Made by a program: the position numbers and the translations under genes. DNA of 58,780 nt from Candidatus Zhuqueibacterota bacterium. Lineage in GTDB: Bacteria; SM23-31; JBHPGK01. Numbering within the stretch: position 1 is the first letter of the stretch; each line of letters starts with the position of its first letter. The DNA lies in contig JBHPGK010000002.1 of assembly GCA_042570605.1 (NCBI GenBank), positions 1 to 58,780 of the forward strand, written 5' to 3'. The notes beneath the pieces are model-generated. The model had not been told where the DNA came from. It searched no databases and was given only the letters and a program-made list of their open reading frames with translations. This document shows positions 42,874 to 53,162 of the stretch, one piece after another.

Positions 42874-42899
42874 AAGCTTTTTATAGATTGGAGGATTAC

Positions 42900-44228
42900 G
42901 TGATACAAAAAACGGTCATTAATATTGTTATTATACTGTTAATTACATTTCTAACAGGTGCTTCTCCAGCCCAGGATATCAGCCGGGACAAAATGACACT
43001 TACTCTTGATGATGCAATATCTCTTGCTATGGAAAGGAATAAAGATATTCTAATTGCAAATGAGGGATTAAAAAAAGGCGAAAAACAGATCAAGGAAGCA
43101 AAATCCGGGGCATTTCCTCAGATCAGCCTGAACACAATGTACACAAGGACGTTCAAAAAGCCCCAGTTTATTGTCAGAGTGAACGGTGAGGTAACAAAAT
43201 TTGAAATGGGTTTTAATAACTCCATACAATCAGCTTTCCAGATAAACCAGACATTATATTCAGGAGGAATCACCTGGACTGCACTTAAAATAGCAAAAAT
43301 TTATTCAAACTCTTTAAAAGAATCTTTCCAGATGATAAAAAAGAGAGTTACTCTTGATGTTAAAAAGGGATTTCTGGGAGTATTATTGAGTGAAGAAGTA
43401 CATAAAATTAATACCCAGAGTCTGGGTCTTGCAGAAGCTCATTTGAAAAACATTCAGGTCATGTATAAAAACGGTATGGCTTCGGAGTTCGATCTGATCA
43501 GAGCTGAGGTCCAGGTCGCTAATACAAAACCGAGAGTTATTAGTTCTGAAAACAATCTCAAATTACAATTAGACTTTTTGAAAAATACTTTAGGATTACC
43601 ACTTGACCGTGAGATTGAAGTTGTTGGTGACCTGAAACCGGGTTATATTAGCGAAAAGACCCTAAATGAAGCCAGCAAAGATGTTCATTTAGAAAGAAAT
43701 GATTATAAAAACCTTGAATTGTTAAGAAATATTTTAAATGAGAACACAAAAATTGAACGGTCAGGTTATTTCCCGAAATTATCTGCCAATTATACTTATC
43801 AATACCAGGGACAGTCTGACAATTTCGGTTTCAAAAACAGCTACAGGTCACAGACTGCCTCATTAAATTTATCAATACCGATCTTTAACGGATTCAGAAC
43901 GGGCGCAAAGGTCCAGCAGGCAAGAATTGCTGTTAAAGAAATGGATTATCAGCTCGCGCAGATGAGAGATGGGATCGAGATACAGGTGAAACAGGCTTTA
44001 AATATGCTTGACGATGCCTATAAGAGAATAACATCCACAGAAAAAACGGTTGAACTGGCAAAAAAGGCATATGATATTTCTGAAGTCAGGTTTAAATCCG
44101 GTCAAGGGACGCAGCTTGAAATTTTCGATTCACATTTACAGTTAGAATTAGCTCAGTTAAATAAATTACAAAGTGTTTTTGACTATGAAATAGCAAGAGC
44201 CCAATGGGAAAATGCCATTGGCAATTAA
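42900..44228 (+). CDS. TolC-family outer membrane efflux protein
   Basis: Signal peptide and two OEP repeats. I prefer the GTG at 42900, 5 nt after a GGAGG. Confidence 0.8.
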   Translation: MIQKTVINIVIILLITFLTGASPAQDISRDKMTLTLDDAISLAMERNKDILIANEGLKKGEKQIKEAKSGAFPQISLNTMYTRTFKKPQFIVRVNGEVTKFEMGFNNSIQSAFQINQTLYSGGITWTALKIAKIYSNSLKESFQMIKKRVTLDVKKGFLGVLLSEEVHKINTQSLGLAEAHLKNIQVMYKNGMASEFDLIRAEVQVANTKPRVISSENNLKLQLDFLKNTLGLPLDREIEVVGDLKPGYISEKTLNEASKDVHLERNDYKNLELLRNILNENTKIERSGYFPKLSANYTYQYQGQSDNFGFKNSYRSQTASLNLSIPIFNGFRTGAKVQQARIAVKEMDYQLAQMRDGIEIQVKQALNMLDDAYKRITSTEKTVELAKKAYDISEVRFKSGQGTQLEIFDSHLQLELAQLNKLQSVFDYEIARAQWENAIGN

Positions 44229-44267
44229 AATATGGACAAATAAAAAAATTATTAAGGAGATAAATTC

Positions 44268-45320
44268 ATGAAAAAAGTAGTATTTGCTGTTTTATTTGCT
44301 GCAGTAGTATTTCTTGTTTTCAAAGGAGTCCGGGCAAGTATCGAACGGTCTAAAACCGAGATCCTTACAATAGAAGATATCCAGGTACGGGACGGCGTCC
44401 CGGTTCGCGTATCCCCTGTCGTTCAGAAAGATTTAAGGACTATCAGGAGTTTTACCGGTTCGATAAAGGGAATAACTCAGGCTGATGCGGTATCTGTTAT
44501 TATGGAAAAAGTGCTGGATATTAAGGTTTCTCTTGGTGATAAGGTTAAAAACGGGCAGCACCTGATAACTCTTGACCACAGAAACACGTCAGCATACAGA
44601 AATATTTCCGAAGCTCTTGATGATGCTAAGCTGGACTTGAAAAGGACTGGAGAACTTTTTAAAGCAGGCGCAGTATCACAGCAGATCTATGATAAGGCAT
44701 TATTAAGGGTAAAAGTTGCACAGGCGGACATGGACGCTGCTGAATGGCGTCAGAAAATTGCCGCTCCTATCGATGGAATTGTCACTGACATTTTTATCAG
44801 AAATGGTGAATCTGTCGCTCCTGGAATTCCTCTGGTCAGAATAGCTCAACTGGATAAAGTGATTACTGAAATATTTGTTTCAGAGTCTGATATTTCGCTG
44901 ATCAAAAACGGTCAAAGATCTAAAATCAAGATCAGTTCTTACACGGACAGGGAATTTGACGGACTTGTCAGCAGAGTTGCGTTATCAACAAATCCCGGAG
45001 CACGTAATTTTACTGTAAGAATTGATATCCTAAATCCTGAACATCTTCTGAAACCGGGTATGTTTGCTTCGGTTGATCTCATTGTGGGCGAAAAAAAGAA
45101 TGTAACTGCTGTACCCGCTAATGCTTTGATCAAGGAGAACGGAACATGTTATGTCTATACTGTCCGGCCTGATAATACTGTGAAGAAAGTTTCTGTTATC
45201 CCGGGTATATCCGAAGGTGAATGGATTGAAATATCAGGGGATATCAAAACTGATGATACTATTGTAGTCGAAGGTCATAATAAACTTTCAGACGGTGCAA
45301 AAATTGTGGTTGTTTCTTAA
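44268..45320 (+). CDS. Efflux RND periplasmic adaptor subunit (HlyD/MFP family)
   Basis: N-terminal anchor, lipoyl/hairpin/beta-barrel order (…AP.DG.V…, …PG….). It lies between the TolC and RND genes. An AAGGAG RBS is present. Confidence 0.85.
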   Translation: MKKVVFAVLFAAVVFLVFKGVRASIERSKTEILTIEDIQVRDGVPVRVSPVVQKDLRTIRSFTGSIKGITQADAVSVIMEKVLDIKVSLGDKVKNGQHLITLDHRNTSAYRNISEALDDAKLDLKRTGELFKAGAVSQQIYDKALLRVKVAQADMDAAEWRQKIAAPIDGIVTDIFIRNGESVAPGIPLVRIAQLDKVITEIFVSESDISLIKNGQRSKIKISSYTDREFDGLVSRVALSTNPGARNFTVRIDILNPEHLLKPGMFASVDLIVGEKKNVTAVPANALIKENGTCYVYTVRPDNTVKKVSVIPGISEGEWIEISGDIKTDDTIVVEGHNKLSDGAKIVVVS

Positions 45321-45360
45321 AAATATTGAACATTAACTATTTTACTGGAAGGTAATTTGT

Positions 45361-48300
45361 ATGTTTTTAGTAAAAATTTCAGTTAAACGCCCTGTATTAG
45401 CAACGATGATAATAATGACGTTTGTTATTCTGGGTTTATATGCTTTTCTCGGGTTGGGTATAGAACTTATGCCTGAGATTGAATTCCCTTTTGTGACTGT
45501 ACAGACAATATATATAGGAGCAGGTCCGGTTGAAATAGAAAACCTGATCACAAAAAAGATAGAAGAACAGGTCAGTGCTATAAATGGTGTTAAAACGATT
45601 TCCTCTACATCAGTTGAAGGGGTTTCAATTGTGGCAATTGAATTTGAGGTCGGAGTGGAGGTAGACATTGCTGCACTGGATGTAAAAGATAAAGTTGAAA
45701 TCGTAAAACCCGATCTTCCTGATGATGCTTTTGACCCGATCGTTCTAAAATTCGATATGGGTGCCAGACCTGTTATGAACCTGGCGGTCTCAGGTGACAG
45801 ACCTTTAAATGAGATATATGAGATCACAGATGATATGATAAGGCCGGAACTTATGAAAATACAGGGTCTTGCATCTGTAGACATTATCGGTGGAAAAATA
45901 CGTGAGATAAAGGTCCGCCTTAAAAGGGAAATAATGAGGTCGCAGAATATTGGTGTTATGGATGTGATCATGGCGCTGTCAACCGAAAACTTGAATATAC
46001 CCAGCGGTCATATTACCGAGGAAAGACGGGAATTTAATATCAGAGTGGATGGGGAATTCAAAAGCGTTGATGATCTTTATGATGTAAATATTACGCCTCA
46101 AAACAGCGGTCCTATCCGCTTAAGAGACGTTGCCTACATTGTTGATGATTTTGAAGAACAGAGACTTTTTTCAAGATTTAACAGTAATTCAAGTGTCGGA
46201 GTATCTCTGATAAAAAGGTCGGATGCAAATATTGTTGAGGTTGTTGATGATGTTCTGGAAAATCTCGACAGGATAAAAGCAGTCATTCCGCAGGACATCC
46301 AGATTCAGATCGCCAGTGATGAATCAACATTTATCAGACAATCCATCAGCGAGGTTGTAAATAATATCGGTATCGGTATTATTTTAACCGGATTGATCCT
46401 GTTCCTTTTCTTGCATTCCTGGCAGGGAACTGTCATTGCTGCTCTCTCGATGCCCACTTCGATAATCGCTACATTCATTCTGGTATCTTCTGCCGGTTTT
46501 ACATTAAATTTCATGACTTTACTGGGGCTTGCAGTTACTGTAGGAGTGCTCGTAACCAATTCGATCGTTGTTCTTGAAAACATCATGAGGTTCACAAAAA
46601 TTGAAAAGGATATGGACGAGGCCGCAATAAAAGGAACTACAGAAATTGCAAAAGCGGTTGTTGCAAGTACATTGACTAACATAGTTGTGTTCACACCTAT
46701 TGCGTTTATGGGTGGGATCATCGGACAATTCTTTTATCAATTTGGCCTGACAGTCGCCTTTGCTACAACATTTTCATTACTTGTTGCTTTTACACTTACA
46801 CCCATGCTGGCAGCAAAGCTTTTGAAGAAAAAAGAAGAATTAACACATGGTTTTGATCTGTTTGTTCTTTCATTGACCACTTTCCTGGCAGGTGCAGCCT
46901 CTGTAGCATTCTTTGTATTTTTAGGTATGCAGCTTTCAAATCTTATCGGAAGTATTGGAACAATACTTGGTTTACTTGCCGGATTCGGCATTGCAGGAAT
47001 TCTCGGCAAACTGATATTCAAACCGACGTTTGCACAGTTAAGATCAAATATATTCTATGTCCTGTGGTATTATATTATTAAATCGGTCCTGTATATTTTA
47101 ATTACTGTTATTGCTTTCCTGATTTTCAGATACCTTTTCGGACAGATCCCGGCTGTAGTTATTACTATTGTTTTCGGGTTGATAATAATTGTCAATCTGA
47201 AAAACAATTTTCTTGTAGGTTTTGGTAAAGCATGGGACAGGGTTTACGATAAACTTGCTTTGGATTACAAATCCGGTTTATCATGGGCACTGAATCATCA
47301 GGGTACATTTGTCCTGATAATACTTGCAGTGTTCACAGTTTCTACATCACTTTTTAAATATGTAGGTTCAGAATTTATGCCGGCGACCGACAGCGGCTAT
47401 ATCGAGATATCCATAGAATTACCACCCGGCTCAAACCTGGATCAGACAGACAGGGTACTATTCAGTATTGAAAGTATTTTTGAAAAAATCCCGGAAATTG
47501 AAAGTTTCTATACCGTTGTCGGGCAGTCACCGGGAACATTTATCGGTGTAAACCAGGGTATTCAATATGGTCAGATCATTATAAAACTGGTGCCAATGGA
47601 TGACAGAACAATAGAAACTCAGGATCTTGTTGAACAATTAAAGCCCGATCTTGCAAAGATCCCGATCGCAGATATCGCTATTCAAATGACACAGTCAATG
47701 GGTGGAGGCGGTGGATCAGACCTGCAGATTGAGATCACCGGCGAAGATATAGACAAACTTAACAATATTGGCGAAGAAGTTCTGAATATTGCTAAAAGTA
47801 TCCCGGGGGCAGTAGATATTAAATCAAGCTCACGGGAAGGAGTCCCGGAGATAAGATTACGTCCAAACCGCAAGAAAATGGCTGATTATGGTATTTCACT
47901 TGCTACCCTGGCAGGCGTAATGCGCGCAAATATTGATGGAAATGTAGCATCAAAATACAGGATCGGTAACAAGGAATATGATATCCGCGTACAGCTTGAC
48001 AGGTCGTATATAGAATATGCTGAACAGATAAAAGATATTGTCATTAAAGTAAAAGATAATTATATCCCGATCACAGAGCTTGCTCATATTGAAGAAACGG
48101 AAGGACCTACTTCTGTTCTAAGAAAGAACAAAAAGAGAATGATCATTATATCAGGAAACGTGGCAAATAGGAATATCGGTGATGTTACTGCAGATATAAA
48201 TGCTGAAACTGACAAAATTGAACTGGATCCAGGGTATGAAATAAATTTTGGCGGGCAGGCAGAGATAATGATGGAATCTTTCATTGAACTATTAAAAACG

Positions 48301-48789
48301 CTGATTTTAGCAATTATCCTTGCGTTTATTGTCCTCGCTGCAATAATGGAGTCATATATCCATCCTTTTATAATAATGATGACACTGCCGCTTGCAATGA
48401 TTGGAGTCGTACTTTCTCTGGTCATTACAGGCAAAGCTATCAGCATCATTTCTCTTATGGCGGTAGTTATGCTTGTAGGTATAGTTGTTAATAACGGAAT
48501 TCTACTTGTTGAGTATATACAGCAGTTACGTGAAGAAGGTAAGGAATTATTTGAAGCAATAGTTGAAGCTTCATCGGTCAGGCTCCGTCCGATCATCATG
48601 ACAAACCTTGCAACTGCAATAAGTATGCTTCCGCTTGCGCTTGAACTTGGTGAAGGAGCTGAATTCCGGTCACCAATGGCAATAGTATCTATTGGTGCAT
48701 TGATAACATCAACAATTTTTACTCTGTTCCTGATACCGATATTGTATAATATTATTGAGACTGTTAAGAATAAAGTAAATTCAAAATAA
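45361..48789 (+). CDS. HAE1-type efflux RND permease (AcrB-like) with an extra membrane insertion of about 125 aa
   Basis: Canonical AcrB blocks (SVKRPVLATM..., two large periplasmic loops, C-terminal …LRPI.MT..A…P.A). It is 1142 aa versus about 1040 expected, with four additional hydrophobic helices between TM6 and the I-alpha/TM7 region. Confidence 0.9.
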   Translation: MFLVKISVKRPVLATMIIMTFVILGLYAFLGLGIELMPEIEFPFVTVQTIYIGAGPVEIENLITKKIEEQVSAINGVKTISSTSVEGVSIVAIEFEVGVEVDIAALDVKDKVEIVKPDLPDDAFDPIVLKFDMGARPVMNLAVSGDRPLNEIYEITDDMIRPELMKIQGLASVDIIGGKIREIKVRLKREIMRSQNIGVMDVIMALSTENLNIPSGHITEERREFNIRVDGEFKSVDDLYDVNITPQNSGPIRLRDVAYIVDDFEEQRLFSRFNSNSSVGVSLIKRSDANIVEVVDDVLENLDRIKAVIPQDIQIQIASDESTFIRQSISEVVNNIGIGIILTGLILFLFLHSWQGTVIAALSMPTSIIATFILVSSAGFTLNFMTLLGLAVTVGVLVTNSIVVLENIMRFTKIEKDMDEAAIKGTTEIAKAVVASTLTNIVVFTPIAFMGGIIGQFFYQFGLTVAFATTFSLLVAFTLTPMLAAKLLKKKEELTHGFDLFVLSLTTFLAGAASVAFFVFLGMQLSNLIGSIGTILGLLAGFGIAGILGKLIFKPTFAQLRSNIFYVLWYYIIKSVLYILITVIAFLIFRYLFGQIPAVVITIVFGLIIIVNLKNNFLVGFGKAWDRVYDKLALDYKSGLSWALNHQGTFVLIILAVFTVSTSLFKYVGSEFMPATDSGYIEISIELPPGSNLDQTDRVLFSIESIFEKIPEIESFYTVVGQSPGTFIGVNQGIQYGQIIIKLVPMDDRTIETQDLVEQLKPDLAKIPIADIAIQMTQSMGGGGGSDLQIEITGEDIDKLNNIGEEVLNIAKSIPGAVDIKSSSREGVPEIRLRPNRKKMADYGISLATLAGVMRANIDGNVASKYRIGNKEYDIRVQLDRSYIEYAEQIKDIVIKVKDNYIPITELAHIEETEGPTSVLRKNKKRMIIISGNVANRNIGDVTADINAETDKIELDPGYEINFGGQAEIMMESFIELLKTLILAIILAFIVLAAIMESYIHPFIIMMTLPLAMIGVVLSLVITGKAISIISLMAVVMLVGIVVNNGILLVEYIQQLREEGKELFEAIVEASSVRLRPIIMTNLATAISMLPLALELGEGAEFRSPMAIVSIGALITSTIFTLFLIPILYNIIETVKNKVNSK

Positions 48790-48914
48790 ACTTAAATTCC
48801 CCCCACTGAAACGGGGATGTTGCAGAACTCTGTCGTTCCAACGGAGAGACCGTTGGAACGAGAACCTTTTATTTTAGCCATCTGGTTACAATGCTCTGCG
48901 TTGTAATCCTCTCT

Positions 48915-48941
48915 CCCCCTGCACCAGCGGGGGCATTTTTT
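48915..48941 (+). terminator. Rho-independent terminator after the RND operon
   Basis: CCCCC(t)GC-acca-GC-GGGGG followed by cattttttatt. Confidence 0.6.
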
Positions 48942-48952
48942 ATTATAAAAAA

Positions 48953-50368
48953 TTAATTCGACAATCCTTTTCTTTCCATAACACCCCAGGTCTTTTTACC
49001 TTTAATAAAATCTATAAAACCTGTAAAACGCCACCATGTATGCAGCTGTCTGTATCCAAAATTCTCAAGGATACTGAATAAGAACAGCTTTATCAGATGA
49101 GACAATTTAGGATATTTTCTATATGAGAGTTCTTCCAAAAGCAAAGACATTAATGATAATACCACACCAAGAATTATCGCAACGAAAAGAAATAACATGG
49201 CGAAATTGAAATTTATCACGCCAAAATACCAGGAAGCAAAGAAAATTATATAGCCGGTCACCTCTACAATTGGTCCCAGCATTTCAAAAAAGAAAAAGAA
49301 TGGCATAGCCAGCATCCCTACAGGCCCGAACTTCGGATTCAGCAGCATTTTTTTATGAATTAAGAGCGTATCCATCAAACCGCGCTGCCACCGATTGCGC
49401 TGCCTGCCAAGTATTTTTAATGATTCGGGAACTTCTGTCCAGCAAACCGGTTCAGGCATAAAAGTAATTCTGTACGGTTTTTTCTTTTCCCTCATTTTCC
49501 TGTGCATCCTGACTACGAGCTCCATATCTTCCCCGACTGTATCATGCCTGTAGCCGCCCGCTTCTATTATTGCATCTTTTTTGAACAGACCAAAAGCACC
49601 CGAAATAACAAGGAGGCTGTTCAAAACATCCCACCCTACCCTGCCGAAAAGAAAAGCCCTGAAATACTCAACTGCCTGAAAATTGGGAAGCCACTTTTTA
49701 GACAGTGAAATTTCAACAACTTCACCTGCGCGAATTTTACAGCCGTTCGCAACCCGGACTATTCCGCCGACTGCAATAACACTGTCATCTTCCAGAAATG
49801 GTCTTACAAGTTTCAGCATTACATCCCTCTCCAGCAATGAGTCAGAATCAATAGTACTGACCAGAGGATACCTGGAAACATTGATCCCTGCATTCAATGC
49901 ATCTGCTTTTCTACCGTTCACCTTGTCCACAACTGTCAGATTTGGGTAATCCTCAGAAACATATATTGCAATTATTTCCTTTGAAGGGATAAGATTACGG
50001 ACCGGGCGAAGGCTCTTTTTCAGATTATATTCCTGTTTTAAGACTTCAAGAGTCCTGTCTTTAGAACCATCATTTACAACAACAATTTCAAATTCAGGAT
50101 ATTGAAGCTGCAGTTGAGATTTGACACTCTCTTTAATAGTTGCTTCTTCGTTAAATGCAGGTGCTATTATCGATACCGGTTTAAAAAATGAGGACTGAAA
50201 AAGCCGTTTCGGCTTTATCAGCTTGTATTCATCAAGATATTTTCTTATAGCGAGGAAAGACAATATAGTCAATATAATATAAGATCCGTTCAAAAGAATA
50301 AAATAAGCTAAAATCAGATAATTATAGACATAAATTGACTTTATTAGAAATGTTATCAAAAAATCCAT
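48953..50368 (-). CDS. Processive family-2 glycosyltransferase (PgaC/IcaA/NfrB-type exopolysaccharide synthase)
   Basis: VVNDGSKD, IDSDS, GEDMEL and QRNRWQRG (QxxRW) motifs, TM helices at both ends, 471 aa. Confidence 0.85.
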   Translation of the reverse strand: MDFLITFLIKSIYVYNYLILAYFILLNGSYIILTILSFLAIRKYLDEYKLIKPKRLFQSSFFKPVSIIAPAFNEEATIKESVKSQLQLQYPEFEIVVVNDGSKDRTLEVLKQEYNLKKSLRPVRNLIPSKEIIAIYVSEDYPNLTVVDKVNGRKADALNAGINVSRYPLVSTIDSDSLLERDVMLKLVRPFLEDDSVIAVGGIVRVANGCKIRAGEVVEISLSKKWLPNFQAVEYFRAFLFGRVGWDVLNSLLVISGAFGLFKKDAIIEAGGYRHDTVGEDMELVVRMHRKMREKKKPYRITFMPEPVCWTEVPESLKILGRQRNRWQRGLMDTLLIHKKMLLNPKFGPVGMLAMPFFFFFEMLGPIVEVTGYIIFFASWYFGVINFNFAMLFLFVAIILGVVLSLMSLLLEELSYRKYPKLSHLIKLFLFSILENFGYRQLHTWWRFTGFIDFIKGKKTWGVMERKGLSN

Positions 50369-50378
50369 TAATTACTGC

Positions 50379-51470
50379 CTATTGATTTTCTTTCTCGTAC
50401 CATACGTATTTAATAATCTGTCTGGTGTCTTCATCATTTGATTCGGAATATATTTTTTTCAGTATCTTTTTCCAACCAGGGGTTGATGTTTTTATTGCAG
50501 ATGCAGAATGCAGTTTTACCCAGTAATGATCATCATTTGTTAATAACTCTGTCATTTGGGGAACCGCTTCATCCCAACCTATTATCCCTAAAGCTTTAGC
50601 TGCCTGGCTGCGGCATATCCAGTTATCCGAATCCAGACATTCCAATAAAAAAGGAACGCCGTCCAAAAATTCCAGATCTCCAAGAGTCTTAATACAGGCA
50701 ATTTTCAATTCATCATCATCAGATAACATGGCTATCTTTAATACTGCTTCTCCTGTTTCAAAATTACCATGGTATTTTAAGACCTCGCTGATTATTTTTT
50801 TTCTCTCAACAGTTACCTCAGGATCTTCCAGAAGCTTTTCAAGTTCAGGTAGAATTGAGCTCCCGTATCCCATTATAATTTCGATCATCTTGGTATTACT
50901 GATATTCTTAATGGAAAGAAATGTTCTCAGAATTTTATAAAGTTGTGTTTTACTGCTGATATGATGAATTGCTTCATAAGCACTGAGATAAACAATGGGA
51001 GATTTATCATACATCAGATTTAACAGCTCGTCATCAGCCCTTGCATACTTCATTAAACCTAAAAAATGTGCTGCATATGCTTTTTCCCACTTTTTTCCTC
51101 TCTTTAAAGCCTTTAAAAGAATTTCGCCATACCAGACCCTGGTTTTCAGGAATTTCATGATATTTTCATAATCTTCCCCGGAAATATTTATCAGATAATC
51201 CTCGATAAAATTTCCGAAAAGGATAAAGTCTTTCTGTTTGACGGAAATAGATATGTCTTTTTCGTCAATATCCCCGCTGAGAAATTCTAAAATTGTAATT
51301 TCCCATTGTAGCTTTTTTCTTGAGTCTCTTTTTTCTTTTAGATTCAGGTACACCCTGAGATAAATTGTGTAAAGGAATAATATTAAGACCAGTAATAAAA
51401 GAATTACAATTGAAAATACAAGGATTTTTTCACTCAGATTGAAAGAATTCACGAAATCAAATTCAGGCAT
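50379..51470 (-). CDS. Membrane-anchored HEAT-repeat protein
   Basis: One N-terminal TM helix, then repeated about 30-aa helical units (…D..W.(V/C)R..AA.ALG.IG…) typical of HEAT/PBS-lyase repeats. Confidence 0.65.
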   Translation of the reverse strand: MPEFDFVNSFNLSEKILVFSIVILLLLVLILFLYTIYLRVYLNLKEKRDSRKKLQWEITILEFLSGDIDEKDISISVKQKDFILFGNFIEDYLINISGEDYENIMKFLKTRVWYGEILLKALKRGKKWEKAYAAHFLGLMKYARADDELLNLMYDKSPIVYLSAYEAIHHISSKTQLYKILRTFLSIKNISNTKMIEIIMGYGSSILPELEKLLEDPEVTVERKKIISEVLKYHGNFETGEAVLKIAMLSDDDELKIACIKTLGDLEFLDGVPFLLECLDSDNWICRSQAAKALGIIGWDEAVPQMTELLTNDDHYWVKLHSASAIKTSTPGWKKILKKIYSESNDEDTRQIIKYVWYEKENQ

Positions 51471-51485
51471 TTCATTATAAAGATA

Positions 51486-52787
51486 TTAAAATAAATAAAA
51501 TATACTTGAGCCATAAGTTTTTCTGTTATATGACCCTTCCCTATCGGTATTGATAAAGGATAACCGAATTTTAAAATTCCCAGAAATTCTCAGCTGGAGA
51601 TTCATAAAAACAGAATTGCTTTTGAATTCATTTAGATCCTGTTTGCCTACAACATGAAAAACCTCACCACCGCTGGAATAACCTAAAGATAACCGGGAAT
51701 CGTTAAAAAATATCTTGTTAATACTTAATAAATTTGTTGAACTGACCACATTTATATCACCGGAACTGTAATAATATCTGTATGTAAAATAGAAATTCTT
51801 AGGAAGGTACAGATCAGTACCGGTTATATATATATTAACATATCCCTCATTAAATTTCAAATAATTCATTCCAATATTTAATACAGTCCCCTTGAACATC
51901 TCGTAACCAATACTTGCATTAACTCTGTTTTTCGGCAGAAATTTATTATCAAATCCTATTCCAAATCCGCTTTCTATAATTATTTTGTTAATTAACATAA
52001 ACTTATACCCCAAGTCCAACTTTCTATCCTTAAGGCTAAATCTATTAAAAAAACCGGCATTCAGAAAAACAGAATTATTCCTGTTAGGTTTATATTCAAA
52101 TGATACATACTTTTCTTCCCAGTCATCCATTACTGAAAGATTATCATAATTATATCCAATCTCAAATGAATTCAGTTTCAGGATTTTGGCAAACTCAAGT
52201 CCTCTTTGTGAAAGAGGATCAAAATATAATAACTTTGAATTATAAAATTTCGCTTTTTTATAATTACCATTTGCATAATATACATTGACTTTTAGTATCA
52301 TAGATTCCGCATTTTCAGAGAATTTATTTTCAGTTCTTTCTAAAATTGAAATTGATTTTTTATATTCACTTTTCCAGTAATAAACTCGTGCAAGACTGAT
52401 ATATGCGTCATAATAAGAATCTGAACTTTCAATAATATCTTTAAAAATATGCTCGGCTTTATCATAATCTGTTTTCCATGCATAGACCAATCCAAGTTGA
52501 AGCTTAATATCTAAATCATCCGGGTATTTTTTTAAAATAGAATCATAAATCTTTATTGATTCGTCATAGTCGTTTAGCCAGCTGTATACTTTAGCCAGAT
52601 CCTTTTGGATTTCAAAATCACCGGGAGTTTGAAGAAGAATCTTTTGGTAAGTTTCAATTGCTTTCTGATATTTTTTTTCTTCCATGAACTTTTTAGCAGT
52701 TTCATGGAGATTTTCTTGAGAAAAAGAAACATCACAGATAAAAAATAATACAAAGATGAAGATAGCAGAGGTAAATGATCTTTGCAT
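51486..52787 (-). CDS. TPR plus C-terminal beta-barrel outer-membrane protein (PgaA/NfrA/YaiO-like exopolysaccharide porin)
   Basis: Signal peptide, about 5 TPR units (…Y..A...Y..(I/L)L...P.D…), then alternating beta-strand pattern ending …SSIFYLF. Confidence 0.6.
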   Translation of the reverse strand: MQRSFTSAIFIFVLFFICDVSFSQENLHETAKKFMEEKKYQKAIETYQKILLQTPGDFEIQKDLAKVYSWLNDYDESIKIYDSILKKYPDDLDIKLQLGLVYAWKTDYDKAEHIFKDIIESSDSYYDAYISLARVYYWKSEYKKSISILERTENKFSENAESMILKVNVYYANGNYKKAKFYNSKLLYFDPLSQRGLEFAKILKLNSFEIGYNYDNLSVMDDWEEKYVSFEYKPNRNNSVFLNAGFFNRFSLKDRKLDLGYKFMLINKIIIESGFGIGFDNKFLPKNRVNASIGYEMFKGTVLNIGMNYLKFNEGYVNIYITGTDLYLPKNFYFTYRYYYSSGDINVVSSTNLLSINKIFFNDSRLSLGYSSGGEVFHVVGKQDLNEFKSNSVFMNLQLRISGNFKIRLSFINTDREGSYNRKTYGSSIFYLF

Positions 52788-52793
52788 TAGGTA

Positions 52794-53162
52794 TTACCCT
52801 TTGAGTATTTTCTTAATTCTTGAGACCAGTTCGGCTGGTCTGAACGGTTTGACAATATAGTCCTCACTTCCGAGATCAAATCCTTTAACTACATCCCTTT
52901 CCTGTCCTTTAGCAGTAAGCATGATCACAGGAGTATCTTTCAGATTTTCGTCTTCCTTTATCTTTTTCAGAACCTGGTATCCATCCATTACAGGCATCAT
53001 TACATCGAGCAGTACAAGATCAGGTTTATGTTCTTTTACGCTGTCCAGCGCATCAGCACCATTATCTTTCCAAATTATTTCAAATCCTTCCTTTTGCAGT
53101 TTAAATTGTATCAGCCTGGCGATTTGCGGTTCATCCTCTGCAAGTACTATTTTATGACTCAT
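52794..53162 (-). CDS. Single-domain CheY-like response regulator
   Basis: ILAEDEP, DLVLLDVMMPVMDG, MLTAKG and KPF are the receiver motifs, with the phospho-acceptor Asp. Its ATG overlaps the upstream stop (ATGA). Confidence 0.9.
   Translation of the reverse strand: MSHKIVLAEDEPQIARLIQFKLQKEGFEIIWKDNGADALDSVKEHKPDLVLLDVMMPVMDGYQVLKKIKEDENLKDTPVIMLTAKGQERDVVKGFDLGSEDYIVKPFRPAELVSRIKKILKG

Noticed and set aside
45342-45971. 209-aa minus-strand ORF, and similar long antisense ORFs (46305-46721, 46737-47021, 48084-48599, 1082-1558, 7324-7800, 9859-10395, 32514-32939, 39712-40122)
   Set aside because: All lie fully inside, and antisense to, well-supported genes with clear family motifs. Their translations are low-complexity (Ser/Ile/Thr/Phe-rich) with no recognisable domains or RBS. 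They are shadow ORFs of AT-rich coding DNA.
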